64,000 nucleotides of DNA, taken from the sequence record ON529850.1. One strand, given 5' to 3'. Below are positions 27,676-37,735 of the stretch, piece by piece. The notes under the pieces were generated by a model. That model had not been told where the DNA came from. It made no database searches and saw only the letters and a list, made by a program, of their open reading frames with translations. The position numbers and the translations under genes were made by a program. The number at the start of each line of letters is the position of its first letter. Within the stretch, counting starts at the first letter, position 1.

Positions 27676-27855
27676 TCAAAATCCCTTGGCGAGCGCGGCG
27701 GCTTCGATCAGATGCTGTTGCCCCAGCTTGCGCAGGGCGCTTTTCAGCAGGCGCAGGGCTTCCTTGCGGTTCCCGGCCAGGGCGGCGGCTTCGGCTTGGC
27801 GCGCAAAATGCAGTTTGGACTTGCGGGCGAGGCGGGCGGCTTTGCGGGGCGTCAT
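27676..27855 (-). CDS. 59-aa basic helical protein (start MTPRKAA); paralog of 54592-54804
   Basis: Conserved leader; KLHFARQAEAAALAG. Confidence 0.7.
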   Translation of the reverse strand: MTPRKAARLARKSKLHFARQAEAAALAGNRKEALRLLKSALRKLGQQHLIEAAALAKGF

Positions 27856-28010
27856 CGGCTGTCTCCGTTGCGATGCCCAAGGTCTAAGGCAAGGCCGGGC
27901 GGGTGTCAACTCTTCTTTTGCACAAAAATGGTTAACGGCGGGCGGTGGTTTGTTAAGGTTAACGCGAGCGGGGCGCAGGACGCCGCCCGGCGTCAACCGG
28001 GCGGCGGGGT

Positions 28011-28430
28011 TCAGGCCGGGCGGCCCGTTCTGACGCAATCCGCCGCTTGCGCCCGCGTGTAGCGACTCAACCACAGCCGGGCCGCCGCGTCGTCGCTGGC
28101 GCCCGGCGTCAGGCCGTCCAGACGCGACAGGCGCGCGGCGCTGGCGCACAGCATTTCAGTCGGCAACAAGGCGACGCACAGGGCTTTCAGCGCGCCCACG
28201 TCGGCGCCGTTGAACGCATCGCCCGCCTTGCGGATGACGGCGGCGCTAAGGGCGATCTGCCCCAGCATGGGCAGAAGGGCCGACGCTTCCGCCATCGCCC
28301 CTTGAGTCAATTCGATCAGGTCGGCGGCGGCGTCGTCGCCATGGGCGGCGGCGTCATACCAGATATCGGCGCCCGCCCCCTCGTCGAGGGCGGCGCCGAG
28401 GTCCAGCGGGATCGAGCGGCGCTCGCTCAT
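28011..28430 (-). CDS. Cassette hypothetical protein
   Basis: Coupled second gene. Confidence 0.6.
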   Translation of the reverse strand: MSERRSIPLDLGAALDEGAGADIWYDAAAHGDDAAADLIELTQGAMAEASALLPMLGQIALSAAVIRKAGDAFNGADVGALKALCVALLPTEMLCASAARLSRLDGLTPGASDDAAARLWLSRYTRAQAADCVRTGRPA

Positions 28431-28714
28431 TAGACCGCCTCCCAGCCGGTTTCCGCGTTGTCGTTTTGGACGACTTGCAGTTGCAGGGCCGAATCATAGT
28501 TCGGGGTGAAGGGACCGAGAATCCGCAAGGTGGCCTCTTCGATTTCCTCTTCGGTGAAGCCGTGTTCACCAGAGCAGAAAAAGGCGGCGGCCTGTTCCCC
28601 GGCGGCGGTGGCGTCGGGGTTGCCCCCTTCCTCATACCACACTTCGTCAGAGGCCAGGCGCCCGCCGTCCGCGTCGAGCAGGTGGACGACAAAGAAAAAG
28701 GCTTGGGTTTGCAT
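28430..28714 (-). CDS. Cassette hypothetical protein (acidic, start MQTQAFF)
   Basis: Conserved leader. Confidence 0.7.
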   Translation of the reverse strand: MQTQAFFFVVHLLDADGGRLASDEVWYEEGGNPDATAAGEQAAAFFCSGEHGFTEEEIEEATLRILGPFTPNYDSALQLQVVQNDNAETGWEAV

Positions 28715-28867
28715 CGGGTGTCTCCGTGTTGATGCCCAAGGTGTAAGGGAAGGGCGTGAAGGTGTCAACACCTCTTTTTCAGAAAAGAGGGTTAACGCCC
28801 AGCGGCGGTTTGTTAAGGTTAACGCGAGCGGATCGCAAAACGCCGCCCGGCGAACCGGGCGGCGGGG

Positions 28868-29023
28868 TCAGGCTTGCAGGGCGTCGCGGATCAGCCGCTT
28901 GATCCCGTCGAGGGTGTCGGCGCGCAACCGTTGCCCGTCCGGGGCGGTGGCGGTCCAGCGGATTCCGCTGGCGTTCAGGTCGGCGGGGTGTATGAACACC
29001 CCGCGATATTGCTTCATCTTCAT
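28868..29023 (-). CDS. 51-aa cassette protein (not in track)
   Basis: MKMKQYRGVFIHPADLNASGIRWTA...LRADTLDGIKRLIRDALQA; 4-bp overlap with upstream gene. Confidence 0.6.
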   Translation of the reverse strand: MKMKQYRGVFIHPADLNASGIRWTATAPDGQRLRADTLDGIKRLIRDALQA

Positions 29024-29460
29024 GCCGTCACCTTCCCGCCCTTGACCTTGGCGGCGTCGCGGATCAGCGAAAACAGTTCGTCATGCGCCTTGTTGACGAC
29101 GGCGGTTGAATGGACGCAGAAGGCGCCCAAGGTGACGATTTGCGCGGATTTCCACAGATAGGCGCGCAAGCTGGCGCGGCGCTCGCCGTTCGCGCCCTTT
29201 TCGGTGGTGACGAAGGTCGTCGCCCCATAGGCGTCATGATCGGTGAAGCCGGACGGGAATCGGGTGCCGAATCCGCGCATGGCGTTCGGATCGAACCAAT
29301 GCCCGCGACGACGGCGGGCGTAATCGCGTTCGATATTGGCGAGGCAGTTGCTCGAACCCGTGAAGGCCGGGCCTTCATAGGGGGCGCGGGGTTGATCGGC
29401 CAGGGCGGCTTTCAGGGCGTCGAAAGCTTCGGCGGCGAGGCGTTGGGCTTGCGTGGTCAT
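29020..29460 (-). CDS. Cassette hypothetical protein
   Basis: Conserved leader; HWFDPNAMRGFG motif. Confidence 0.75.
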   Translation of the reverse strand: MTTQAQRLAAEAFDALKAALADQPRAPYEGPAFTGSSNCLANIERDYARRRRGHWFDPNAMRGFGTRFPSGFTDHDAYGATTFVTTEKGANGERRASLRAYLWKSAQIVTLGAFCVHSTAVVNKAHDELFSLIRDAAKVKGGKVTA

Positions 29461-29610
29461 GGGGTCGTCTCCGTTGCGTTGCCTCAGACTTAAAGGGCGG
29501 CGCGGCGCGTGTCAACCGCTTTTCTACATGAAAATGGTTTAGCTTGCGTTAAGGTTAACGCGAGCCGGTCGCAGAACGCCGCCCGGCGAACCGGGCGGCG
29601 GGATACGGGG

Positions 29611-29931
29611 TCAGCCGATCAGGCGGGTCTTGATCGTCGCGCGGCCTTCCGGCGTCAGCTTGGCGCGTTGAGTGCGGAGGAAGGTCAAGGCGTTCGCATA
29701 GCTGGCGACCCGGCCCGCATATTGACGCTCCAACCACTTGAGCGGGGCCGGGTAATGTGAGGCGTAAAAGGCCACGCGACCCGGCGTGATGCGCGGGAAC
29801 AGCTTGGCGCGGGCTTCCTTAATCGAGGTGGCTCCCGGCGCGGGCAGGGCGGCGACCACGCGGCCCTTGCGGAGGATATGGGCCTTGTTGAGTTCCGGCG
29901 CGTAGGCGTGGCGTTCAAGAATGATCTTCAT
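29611..29931 (-). CDS. Cassette hypothetical protein (basic, start MKIILER)
   Basis: Conserved leader. Confidence 0.7.
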   Translation of the reverse strand: MKIILERHAYAPELNKAHILRKGRVVAALPAPGATSIKEARAKLFPRITPGRVAFYASHYPAPLKWLERQYAGRVASYANALTFLRTQRAKLTPEGRATIKTRLIG

Positions 29932-30084
29932 CGGTCGTCTCCGTTGCGATGCCCCAGGTGTAGGGGATGGGCGTGGGTGTGTCAACCTCTTTTTATTGTG
30001 AAGATGGTTAACGCCGGTGAGGGTTTTGTTAAGGTTAACGCAACGCGGGTGGAGGAAACCGCCCGGCGAACCGGGCGGCGGGGA

Positions 30085-30609
30085 TCAGCGCGTCTTGCGG
30101 GCGCAATGCGCCTCATATTCGGCGCCGCTCATGATGACGGGCGGGTCGTCGTGATTGGCCTCCGCCTCTTCGCGCGCGTCATTCCAAGCGTCTTCGCGCA
30201 TGGCGTCGCGGCCTTCGTCGCTGTCTTCATAGTCGTCGGAATCCAGCGTTACGGTGATTCGGCCCGAGACGTAGGGCGCCGTTTCGGGCGCTTCCGGGTC
30301 GCGGATGAACGCCCGATAGGTCGAGGGTTCGCCGCCGTTCTCATATTCTTCACCGTCCCCGCCGTCCTGCAAATAGGCTTCGGCGGCGGCGGGATCATCG
30401 GCGCGATCCGTAAGGAAGGCGTTACGCAGGAAGTCCACACGCGACGACGGCGTGAGGCTGCAAACGTGCGTCGCCTCGCCTTCGCAGAACAGATAGACGC
30501 CGAACAGATAGACGCCGAACACCGGCGCGCCGGCCAGGGCGGGCGGGAGGTTCCAATATTGCGTCTCTTCAACCGCTAGGGCGCGAAAATGAAATTCGAC
30601 TTGGGCCAT
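30085..30609 (-). CDS. Cassette hypothetical protein (acidic, start MAQVEFH)
   Basis: Conserved leader; internal 15-bp tandem duplication (FGVYL x2). Confidence 0.7.
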   Translation of the reverse strand: MAQVEFHFRALAVEETQYWNLPPALAGAPVFGVYLFGVYLFCEGEATHVCSLTPSSRVDFLRNAFLTDRADDPAAAEAYLQDGGDGEEYENGGEPSTYRAFIRDPEAPETAPYVSGRITVTLDSDDYEDSDEGRDAMREDAWNDAREEAEANHDDPPVIMSGAEYEAHCARKTR

Positions 30610-30753
30610 GAGGTGTCTCCGTGTTGATGCCCAAGGTGTAGGGGATGGGTGGGAGCGTGTCAACACCTCTTTTTCAGAAAATATCAGGCAGGGATTTGTT
30701 AAGGTTAACGCGACCGGATCGCAGAACGCCCCGGCGCGAGGCCGGGGCGGGGA

Positions 30754-31023
30754 TCACCCGTCAGACCGGGGGTGCGCCATATAGTCGAGAACCGAACCGC
30801 CTTCGCAATCCGCTTCGGGGCAATGCAGGCGCATCGACCATGTAAAGCGCGGCGTCTGTTCGTCGCCGTCTTCGCCCGCCGCGATCCCGACGACGTGCGA
30901 CACGTCTTCGCGATCCATCCAGCGATTGGCGGCGGCGACTTCCGCCGTCGTCAGGCCGGAGGCGTCGCCGTTAATCAGATAGGGCGCCCATGCTTCCGGG
31001 CCGGTGTTTGTGACGAACCTCAT
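30754..31023 (-). CDS. Cassette hypothetical protein
   Basis: Coupled second gene; WAPYLINGDASGL motif. Confidence 0.7.
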   Translation of the reverse strand: MRFVTNTGPEAWAPYLINGDASGLTTAEVAAANRWMDREDVSHVVGIAAGEDGDEQTPRFTWSMRLHCPEADCEGGSVLDYMAHPRSDG

Positions 31024-31358
31024 GCGTCACCTGCGATGATCGACATATCGCCGTAGAACTTGCCGCCGTAAGCGATCAGGCCCGATTCGGCGTAAAGATG
31101 CCACTCGATCCAGCGGCGGTCATCGCCGTCCACCGTGAAGCCCATGCCGTTGCTGACGCCGCGCGCCTCCCAATCGGCGAAGACGTCCGGGAAAGCCGCC
31201 TTGAACGCTTCGCGTTCCATGGCGAATTTCACATCGCACAGGTAGGTGATATGGACATAGCGGAAGGGGCCGATAGTCGGGCCTTCATACCCGAAATCGT
31301 TCATCTCCTGATCGGCCGTATCGCGGCCGTGGAAAAGGCGAATATGCACGTCAGCCAT
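31020..31358 (-). CDS. Cassette hypothetical protein
   Basis: Conserved leader; LFHGR...MNDFGYEGP motif. Confidence 0.75.
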   Translation of the reverse strand: MADVHIRLFHGRDTADQEMNDFGYEGPTIGPFRYVHITYLCDVKFAMEREAFKAAFPDVFADWEARGVSNGMGFTVDGDDRRWIEWHLYAESGLIAYGGKFYGDMSIIAGDA

Positions 31359-31532
31359 GGGGTGTCTCCGTTGTTGGCCCTCTTGTTGTAGGGCCGGGGC
31401 GGGAGAGTGTCAACACCTCTTTTTCAGTAAAGAGGGTTAACAAAAGTCGGGCGGTTGTTAACCTTAATGCGACGTTAAGGTTAATGCGAGCCGGTCGCAG
31501 AACGCCGCCCGGCGAACCGGGCGGCGGAGGGA

Positions 31533-31787
31533 TCAGGCGGCGGGCGGCGCCGGGATCGGGTAGCGGGCGGCGAGGTCTTTGGCCGTCCACGCATCGGGGG
31601 TGTGGAGGTCATAGGACTCGGCGTAGTTGCGGGCGCATTCCTGCACCGTCTCGCCGCGCTGGAGGTGGTCGTCATACATGACGCGCAACTCGGCGTCATC
31701 GGCCCCGGCGTCGCGGTAGTCGATGGCGTAGCCCGCCAGCAGGGCGGCGTTTGCGGCGGCGAGCCAGAGTTCAAAGGTGGGATACAT
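31533..31787 (-). CDS. Cassette hypothetical protein
   Basis: Conserved leader. Confidence 0.75.
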   Translation of the reverse strand: MYPTFELWLAAANAALLAGYAIDYRDAGADDAELRVMYDDHLQRGETVQECARNYAESYDLHTPDAWTAKDLAARYPIPAPPAA

Positions 31788-31936
31788 CGGGTGTCTCCGT
31801 TGTTGACGCCTTCACACTAGGGGATGGGCTGGAGAGTGTCAACACCTCTTTTTCAGAAAAATGGTTAACGGAAAACGGGGCGTCATTAAGGTTAATGCGA
31901 CCAGCTCGCGTTAACCTTAACAGGCGGCGGGCGGAA

Positions 31937-31959
31937 ATGGTTAACGGGGTGTTAACCAT
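31937..31959. promoter_or_regulatory. Symmetric CtrA-type box ATGGTTAA-N7-TTAACCAT
   Basis: Matches TTAA-N7-TTAAC on both strands, with TTAACCAT half-sites. Confidence 0.6.
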
Positions 31960-31998
31960 GGGCCAGGTTCGGGGGCGGTCGCCAGCCCCCTTCCCCGA

Positions 31999-32283
31999 TC
32001 AGGCCGCCTCGACAGGCATGGCGGCCTTAGCCGCGTCGATGGTCGCGGTCAGGTCGGCAATCGCCGCGTCGTGTTTGGTCTTGCCCTTGTAAGCCTTGCC
32101 GGTGACGGTGGAGGCGCTGGCGAGCATTTTGGTGATGGTCACGCCGCGCGTCGGGATCATGCCGGTGTCGCGGTGCAACTTGATGGCGGCGCGCAGGCTG
32201 ACCAGCCCATAGAGCTTGACCGCGTCGCGGCCATCGAAGGTGACGGCGCCGGTCTTGCTGACGGTGATGCGGTCGTTGTTCAT
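31999..32283 (-). CDS. Cassette hypothetical protein
   Basis: Conserved leader. Confidence 0.75.
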   Translation of the reverse strand: MNNDRITVSKTGAVTFDGRDAVKLYGLVSLRAAIKLHRDTGMIPTRGVTITKMLASASTVTGKAYKGKTKHDAAIADLTATIDAAKAAMPVEAA

Positions 32284-32468
32284 CGGGTGTCTCCGTTGTT
32301 GATGACTTCACTCTAGGGGTTGGGCCGTAGGGTGTCAACACCTCTTTTACAGAAAAGAGGGTTAACGGATTCCGGTGGTTTTGTTAACCTTAACGCCGTG
32401 GCGGGTTTTGTTAAGGTTAACGCGAACGGGCCGCAGGGCGCGCCCCGGCGAGGCCGGGGCGCCTTGGC

Positions 32469-32702
32469 TTAGTTGGCGATATAGCGGATTTCCGCGCCCG
32501 CCTGAACCTGAACCGCCCACCACGGCCCATAGGGCGTTTCAGGGGGAAGAGGGACAACGGTGATGATCGGAGAGCGCCCGAACGCCCGCGACAAAGGGCA
32601 AGGGGCGGCGTCATACGCGGCCTTGACTTCATCGGCGACGCGCTGGGCGGCCTTTTCCAATCCAAAGGGGCAAGCGGCGGTGATTTTGTCGACGAGTTGC
32701 AT
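32469..32702 (-). CDS. Cassette hypothetical protein
   Basis: Conserved leader. Confidence 0.7.
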   Translation of the reverse strand: MQLVDKITAACPFGLEKAAQRVADEVKAAYDAAPCPLSRAFGRSPIITVVPLPPETPYGPWWAVQVQAGAEIRYIAN

Positions 32703-32886
32703 CGGGTGTCTCCGTTTCTATGTCCCCAATCTATGGGCGGGGCTGGAGAATGTCAACATCTCTTTTTCAGAAAAGATGGTTAACGGATTCCGGTGGTTTT
32801 GTTAACCTTAACGCCGGGGCGGGTTTTGTTAAGGTTAACGCGAACGGGTCGCAGAGCGCGCCCCGGCCTCGCCGGGGCGCCGAGGG

Positions 32887-33255
32887 TCAACCCTCAAAGC
32901 GGTCATGAACGGGGGCGATGGCGGTGTATCGACCGCCGCCGAGGCTTTCGACAGCCTCGCCGAAACGGCTGTCACTCGTCCCGGCGTAGTTGCCGCCCAT
33001 CATCAGCCAGCGCGAGTCTTTAGCGCCGGTGGCGTCCGCCGGGACGATCTTGACCGATCCGGCGACGTTGCCCTTCACCAGATAGGCGGCGGGGGCGTCT
33101 TCGGACGGCGAGGAAGGCCCCGACACATTAACGAGCGTGAGGGCGGCCACGCGGCTCGAAACGCCGCCGTTGGTGCAATCCTCCGCGTCCAGCTTCAGCA
33201 AGTCGCCGGGGCGATCCGCCGGGGCGCGGCGGTAGATGTAAACAGTCAGGCCCAT
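32887..33255 (-). CDS. Cassette hypothetical protein
   Basis: Conserved leader; DCTNGGVSS and MMGGNY...SDSRF motifs. Confidence 0.78.
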   Translation of the reverse strand: MGLTVYIYRRAPADRPGDLLKLDAEDCTNGGVSSRVAALTLVNVSGPSSPSEDAPAAYLVKGNVAGSVKIVPADATGAKDSRWLMMGGNYAGTSDSRFGEAVESLGGGRYTAIAPVHDRFEG

Positions 33256-33521
33256 CGGGGTGTCTCCGTTGTTGATGTCTTCACTCTAGGGGTTGGGCTG
33301 GAGAGTGTCAACACCTCTTTTTCAGAAAAGATGGTTAACGGATTCAGTGGTTTTGTTAAGGTTAACGCGAACGGGTCGCAAGGGCGGCCTTTACAGGACG
33401 CCCCCGAACCCCGACGCCGCCGTGACGCCCGCCAGCGCCATGAGGGCGGCGATCCACAGCCAAGCCGCCTGAAAGGATTCGGCCCGGCGGCGGCGGTCAA
33501 GAGCGGAGGGACGGCGCCGGG

Positions 33522-33710
33522 TCATGCCGGGCGCCCGTCCGCCGCCAGCACCTCTAGGTGACAGGCATGGCCGATTCGGTTGAGGTGACGCATGGCGCTA
33601 TTGGCCGTGTTCAGGTCCGCATAGGACACGCCAGAGGCGATGAAATAGGGCGCGGCGTCGCGGCGCGGGTCGCCGCGATGGGGTGCGAGGGAAGGGACGA
33701 CGGCGAACAT
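33522..33710 (-). CDS. Cassette hypothetical protein
   Basis: Promoter module upstream. Confidence 0.5.
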   Translation of the reverse strand: MFAVVPSLAPHRGDPRRDAAPYFIASGVSYADLNTANSAMRHLNRIGHACHLEVLAADGRPA

Positions 33711-33904
33711 GGCGGAACTCCCGAACGGGCGGAATTGCCCTGGCGTTCATGGGCTCAATCTAGGGGCTGGGCCGCAGGGTGTCAACCTCTTTTTTCCACT
33801 AAAAGGGTTAACAGATTCAGGGCTGGCGTTAACCTTAATACGGTGTTAAGGTTAACGCGAACGGGTCGCAAGGCGCGCCCCGGCGCGAGGCCGGGGCGCG
33901 GGTC

Positions 33905-34525
33905 TCACATGGCGCCGACAGAGCCGTCGTCGCCCGTCGCCAAGTCATAATCCCCGAACTCGCGGGCGGCTTGGCTCAGGCGTTCGGCTTGCGGTTCGGG
34001 CCAGTCGCCATCCCAGAAGCCCGCGCCGTGACCGTTGCGGGTCAACCAGAAATCATGTCCGGCGCGGCCCCATTCGTCAAAGTCCGGGCCGCAAACCACC
34101 TTGCCCGTCGCGATGGCGGATTCAATGGTGGCGCGGTTCGCGGTCACGAAGGTGGCGCAATCGGCGATCATGTCGCGCAGGGTTTCGGGGCGAACGTCGC
34201 ACGGCTCGAAGTCATGCGCCCGGTCGCCATCGGCGCGGGGATCGCCGTGTTTGAACTCTACGCCCGTCCACAGGGCGGACACGATATAGGCTTGCGCGAA
34301 GGCGTCCGCCGCATCAAACAGGCGTCCCGATTCCACCCGATAGGCGGCGCGGGTCACGGCGTCGGCTTCCTCCGCCGCCTCGACGATCTCGCGCGCCTTG
34401 GCGACGTCCGCCTCGGCGTGCATATGTTGATAGCCGAGAACCTCGCGCGCGGCGATCAATTCCGGCGTCAGAACGCTGTATTCAGGCACGATGGCGGCGG
34501 CGGTCAGTTGAGCCAGGGTCTGCAT
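33905..34525 (-). CDS. Cassette protein with GHDFWLTRNGHGAGFWDG motif (start MQTLAQL); paralog of 49404-49976
   Basis: Conserved leader; shared motif. Confidence 0.78.
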   Translation of the reverse strand: MQTLAQLTAAAIVPEYSVLTPELIAAREVLGYQHMHAEADVAKAREIVEAAEEADAVTRAAYRVESGRLFDAADAFAQAYIVSALWTGVEFKHGDPRADGDRAHDFEPCDVRPETLRDMIADCATFVTANRATIESAIATGKVVCGPDFDEWGRAGHDFWLTRNGHGAGFWDGDWPEPQAERLSQAAREFGDYDLATGDDGSVGAM

Positions 34526-34925
34526 GGGTGTCTCCCGTTGTCTATGCCCCCTCTTATAGGCGGCGCCCGGTTGGGGTGTCAACCCCTCTTTTTCAATAAA
34601 TCTTCGCGGGTGGCGGGCTGGGCGTTAACCTTAACGGATTCCGTCCCGGCGTTAACCTTAACGAAAATCGCTCGCCTGTTAACCACCTTTTCGCTTGCCC
34701 TGTCGGCGCGTTCCGCTAGGCTGGGGAATGGAATCTCGCCCCTTGACCGGGGCGCGCATCGCTGGCGCCTGCCCGCGATCCATGGTCTTTGACATCCCGC
34801 GCCCGGCGCGGGGTTACGCGCGCGCCCTCCCGCCCAGGCGGTCGGCGCCGACCGGCCGCCCGCGAGGCGAGCGACGGCGGACCCGGCCCCGCGACGGGCA
34901 GGCGAGCGCCAGGACGAAACCCGCA

Positions 34926-35058
34926 AGGGTCAAGTCCGAGGCCGTCGAATCGAAATGACGTCAAGTCAAATCGAAACGGCGTCAAGTCAAGTCAAACTCA
35001 AATCGCATCAAGTCAAGTTCGCCGGCGTCAAACCGAAACGGCGTCAGGTCAAGTCACG
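34926..35058. repeat. CGTCAAGTCAA array (tandem TTGAC on minus strand)
   Basis: Multiple gtcaagtcaa units in non-coding DNA. Confidence 0.75.
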
Positions 35059-35108
35059 TTTCTCGAATCGTGACTGGAACGAATTGTAAAATTAGAGGGC
35101 GAGCGCCC

Positions 35109-35183
35109 TCACTTGAACATCAGGACGACGAAGCAGGCCAGGGCGAGTTTCCAGGCGCTGAAGAGAGAATCGAGGGCTTTCAT
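35109..35183 (-). CDS. 24-aa hydrophobic peptide, paralog of 54987-55061
   Basis: MKALDSLFSAWKLALACFVVLMFK. Confidence 0.55.
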   Translation of the reverse strand: MKALDSLFSAWKLALACFVVLMFK

Positions 35184-35327
35184 AGGGTTACGCTTTCTCT
35201 TGGAGTCACGAAGTTCTGGATTCGTGACAGGGGGTTTTGGGGGCGTGAGTCATGATTCAGGGGTTTCGTGACTCGGAATCGGGGGAATCCGGCCCGGTTT
35301 TCGTGACTCGGGCCGGAATTTCGTGAC

Positions 35328-36329
35328 TCAGGCTTCGTCTTTGTCGCCGCCGGTGTCGAACGGATCAGCCCATTGCGTGGTGACGATGACCGTCCCTTCG
35401 TGCCCGTAGAAGTCGTAGGACAGGCCGGGGCGCAGGTCGAAGTCGGGGAAGGCGGCGATCTGCCTCATCAGGTCGGCGGAGCCGGCGACGTGTTCGGCGA
35501 TGGCGGCGTCCTGGGCGAACAGGCGGCGCAGGATCGCCTGCGCCTGTTCGGGCGTGTCGGCGTAGCGCGGCGGGACCGCCGGGGATTGGCGGTCGATGCG
35601 GAAGCGACGGGCGCGGACCTTGATCTCGAAAGGCCCGGTCCAGGCGCGCACGTCCGCCGGGGCGCCGGCGGCCTCGCTCAGGGCGTCGAACGCCATCAGG
35701 TCATGCACCGCCACCGCGTCTTGGAACTCCGCGCGGGTGACGGGGTAGGTCCAGCGCGAATCGTCGACCTCCATGGCTTGGCCCAGAATCATGGCCTGAC
35801 CTTGGAAGACCGCCAGATAGGGGGCGGCTTCGGCGTCCGGCGCGGGCGGATCGCGATCCATCCAGAAGCGATAGAGGGCGCGCCACCCGGCGGCGCGATC
35901 CCGGTCGCCGGTGTCGGGCATGTAGGCGTCGTGCAGGGCCTCGGCGGCGGGGGTGCGATCCGGCGCGTCCGCGTCGCCCTGATCCGCCTCATGGGCGCCG
36001 AAGGTGCGAAGCGCCGCCTGGGTGAAGGTCTCGGTCCAGGGTCCGTCCGGACCCGCGCGCAGCGCCTCCACCACTTCGGGATGCGTGAGGTGGGAAAATT
36101 GCGAAGGGTCCCCGGCGATGAATTCGGCAGGGTCCCCGGCCGAAAATTGCGAAGGGTCCCCGGCCGAAAATTGCGAAGGGTCCCCGGTCGGGAATTCGGC
36201 CGGGTCCCCGGCGGGGAATTGCGTAGGGTCCCCGGACTCGATCCGGTCGGCCTCCTGGGTCAGCTCGGCGGCCTGCGCCAGCAGGGCGGCGGCGGCGGTG
36301 CGCATGACGGCGGCGGATGTCAGTCTCAT
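35328..36329 (-). CDS. Cassette protein with six 8-aa GDPxxFxA repeats
   Basis: Exact 24-bp period, GGGTCCCC at 36106, 36130, 36154, 36178, 36202, 36226. Confidence 0.7.
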   Translation of the reverse strand: MRLTSAAVMRTAAAALLAQAAELTQEADRIESGDPTQFPAGDPAEFPTGDPSQFSAGDPSQFSAGDPAEFIAGDPSQFSHLTHPEVVEALRAGPDGPWTETFTQAALRTFGAHEADQGDADAPDRTPAAEALHDAYMPDTGDRDRAAGWRALYRFWMDRDPPAPDAEAAPYLAVFQGQAMILGQAMEVDDSRWTYPVTRAEFQDAVAVHDLMAFDALSEAAGAPADVRAWTGPFEIKVRARRFRIDRQSPAVPPRYADTPEQAQAILRRLFAQDAAIAEHVAGSADLMRQIAAFPDFDLRPGLSYDFYGHEGTVIVTTQWADPFDTGGDKDEA

Positions 36330-36528
36330 GGGCGGGCCTTTCGTGTTCTTGATGACGTCACCCTAGAGGGGCGGTCTGGGAGTGTCAACCGCTTTTCTTC
36401 AGAACATGCGGGGCGGCGCGGTTTTGTTAACCTTAATGCAGCGTTAAGGTTAATGCGAACGGTTCGCGCAGAAAGCGCCCGCCGGGGGAGACAATCCCGG
36501 CGGGCGCGGCTGACGGGGAGACAGGCCG

Positions 36529-36951
36529 TCAGGTGAGCAGATAGCGGTCCAGGCCCTCGGTCGGAACCTCGGCGCCGTCGCGGTAGGCGACCGACCCCAG
36601 CATCCCGAAGGTCGCATGGCGGTCGCCCCGGTCGTATTCGGCGGCCTCGAACCGGCGCAGGATCGCCGGTTGGAGCGCGAACCGGACGGAGCGCGCATAG
36701 GGGTCGCGGCGGCGTTCCTGACCGGTGAAGATGAACCAGCCGCGTTCATGGGTGGCGCCGCCCAGCCAGCGCCGCTTGCGGCTGATGCGGATGTCGCGGT
36801 CGCCGTTGCCCGCCATCACCCAGACGGTGCGGCCGGGCAGGGCCAGCGACAGCTTCCGCAGGGCGTCGTGCATCATGGCGCACGACAGGTCGAACAGCAC
36901 CTCCTCGGCGTCTTCGACCGCCTTCAGGGCTTGGGCGAAAACGTCGCTCAT
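36529..36951 (-). CDS. Cassette hypothetical protein (start MSDVFAQ)
   Basis: 4-bp overlap with upstream gene. Confidence 0.65.
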   Translation of the reverse strand: MSDVFAQALKAVEDAEEVLFDLSCAMMHDALRKLSLALPGRTVWVMAGNGDRDIRISRKRRWLGGATHERGWFIFTGQERRRDPYARSVRFALQPAILRRFEAAEYDRGDRHATFGMLGSVAYRDGAEVPTEGLDRYLLT

Positions 36952-37568
36952 GCCGAGGCCGCCGCGATCAGGGCCTGCTGCGCCTTGAACGGCATGCGGT
37001 CCCAATCCTCGCTGGACAGGTCATAGACCGCCATGGCGCGCGCGGCGTCGTCCATTTCCGATTCCAGCACATGCTCCAGGCGCGCCTGAATGAGCCCGCG
37101 CTCCTCCTCGCTCGCCAGATTGTCGAGAATGGGTTTCAGATCGACATCCAAAATCCCGTTGCCGCGCAGCCAGCCGACGATGCGGTCATAGGCGGCGACT
37201 TCCTCGGCCGCCGCGCGCGGATCGAGGTCGCCCAGGCGGGCGGCGTGGTTGTCGCTGGATTCGGCGATCATCCAGATCAGCGGCTCCAGCACGGCGTCGG
37301 TCGCCAGCATGGTCGGGCGCTGCAAGGTGCGGCCGTCCGCCTGTTCGACATCGAAGGTCGAGGCGCCGGCTTGCAGATAGTCGGTGAATTCCGGCATGAC
37401 CGTCCAGCCGCCGTCCGCCAGATGGGTTTCGTGGGCGATCCCCGCCAGCGCCAGCTCGCGGGCTTCCTGCGGCGATTCCGCCGAGACCGCGATGGTCTTG
37501 CAGGCGGTCAGGTGGGCGTAGGCCGTCACCAGATAGTTGATCTGAACCGAACTGCGCGGCTGGGTCAT
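36948..37568 (-). CDS. Cassette hypothetical protein
   Basis: Conserved leader; AxSxxEA N-terminal motif. Confidence 0.75.
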   Translation of the reverse strand: MTQPRSSVQINYLVTAYAHLTACKTIAVSAESPQEARELALAGIAHETHLADGGWTVMPEFTDYLQAGASTFDVEQADGRTLQRPTMLATDAVLEPLIWMIAESSDNHAARLGDLDPRAAAEEVAAYDRIVGWLRGNGILDVDLKPILDNLASEEERGLIQARLEHVLESEMDDAARAMAVYDLSSEDWDRMPFKAQQALIAAASA

Positions 37569-37735
37569 GGGGCGTCTCCCGTTGTTGATGCCCCTTTCTA
37601 GGCCGGGCGCGATGGGGTGTCAACCTCTTTTTCGTAAGTATTTTCCTGTTAAGGTTAACGCGAGGGACGCAAAGAAAACGCCCGGCCGGGGGAGACAAAC
37701 CCGGCCGGGCGTGGGACTGACTAGGAGACGGTGCG

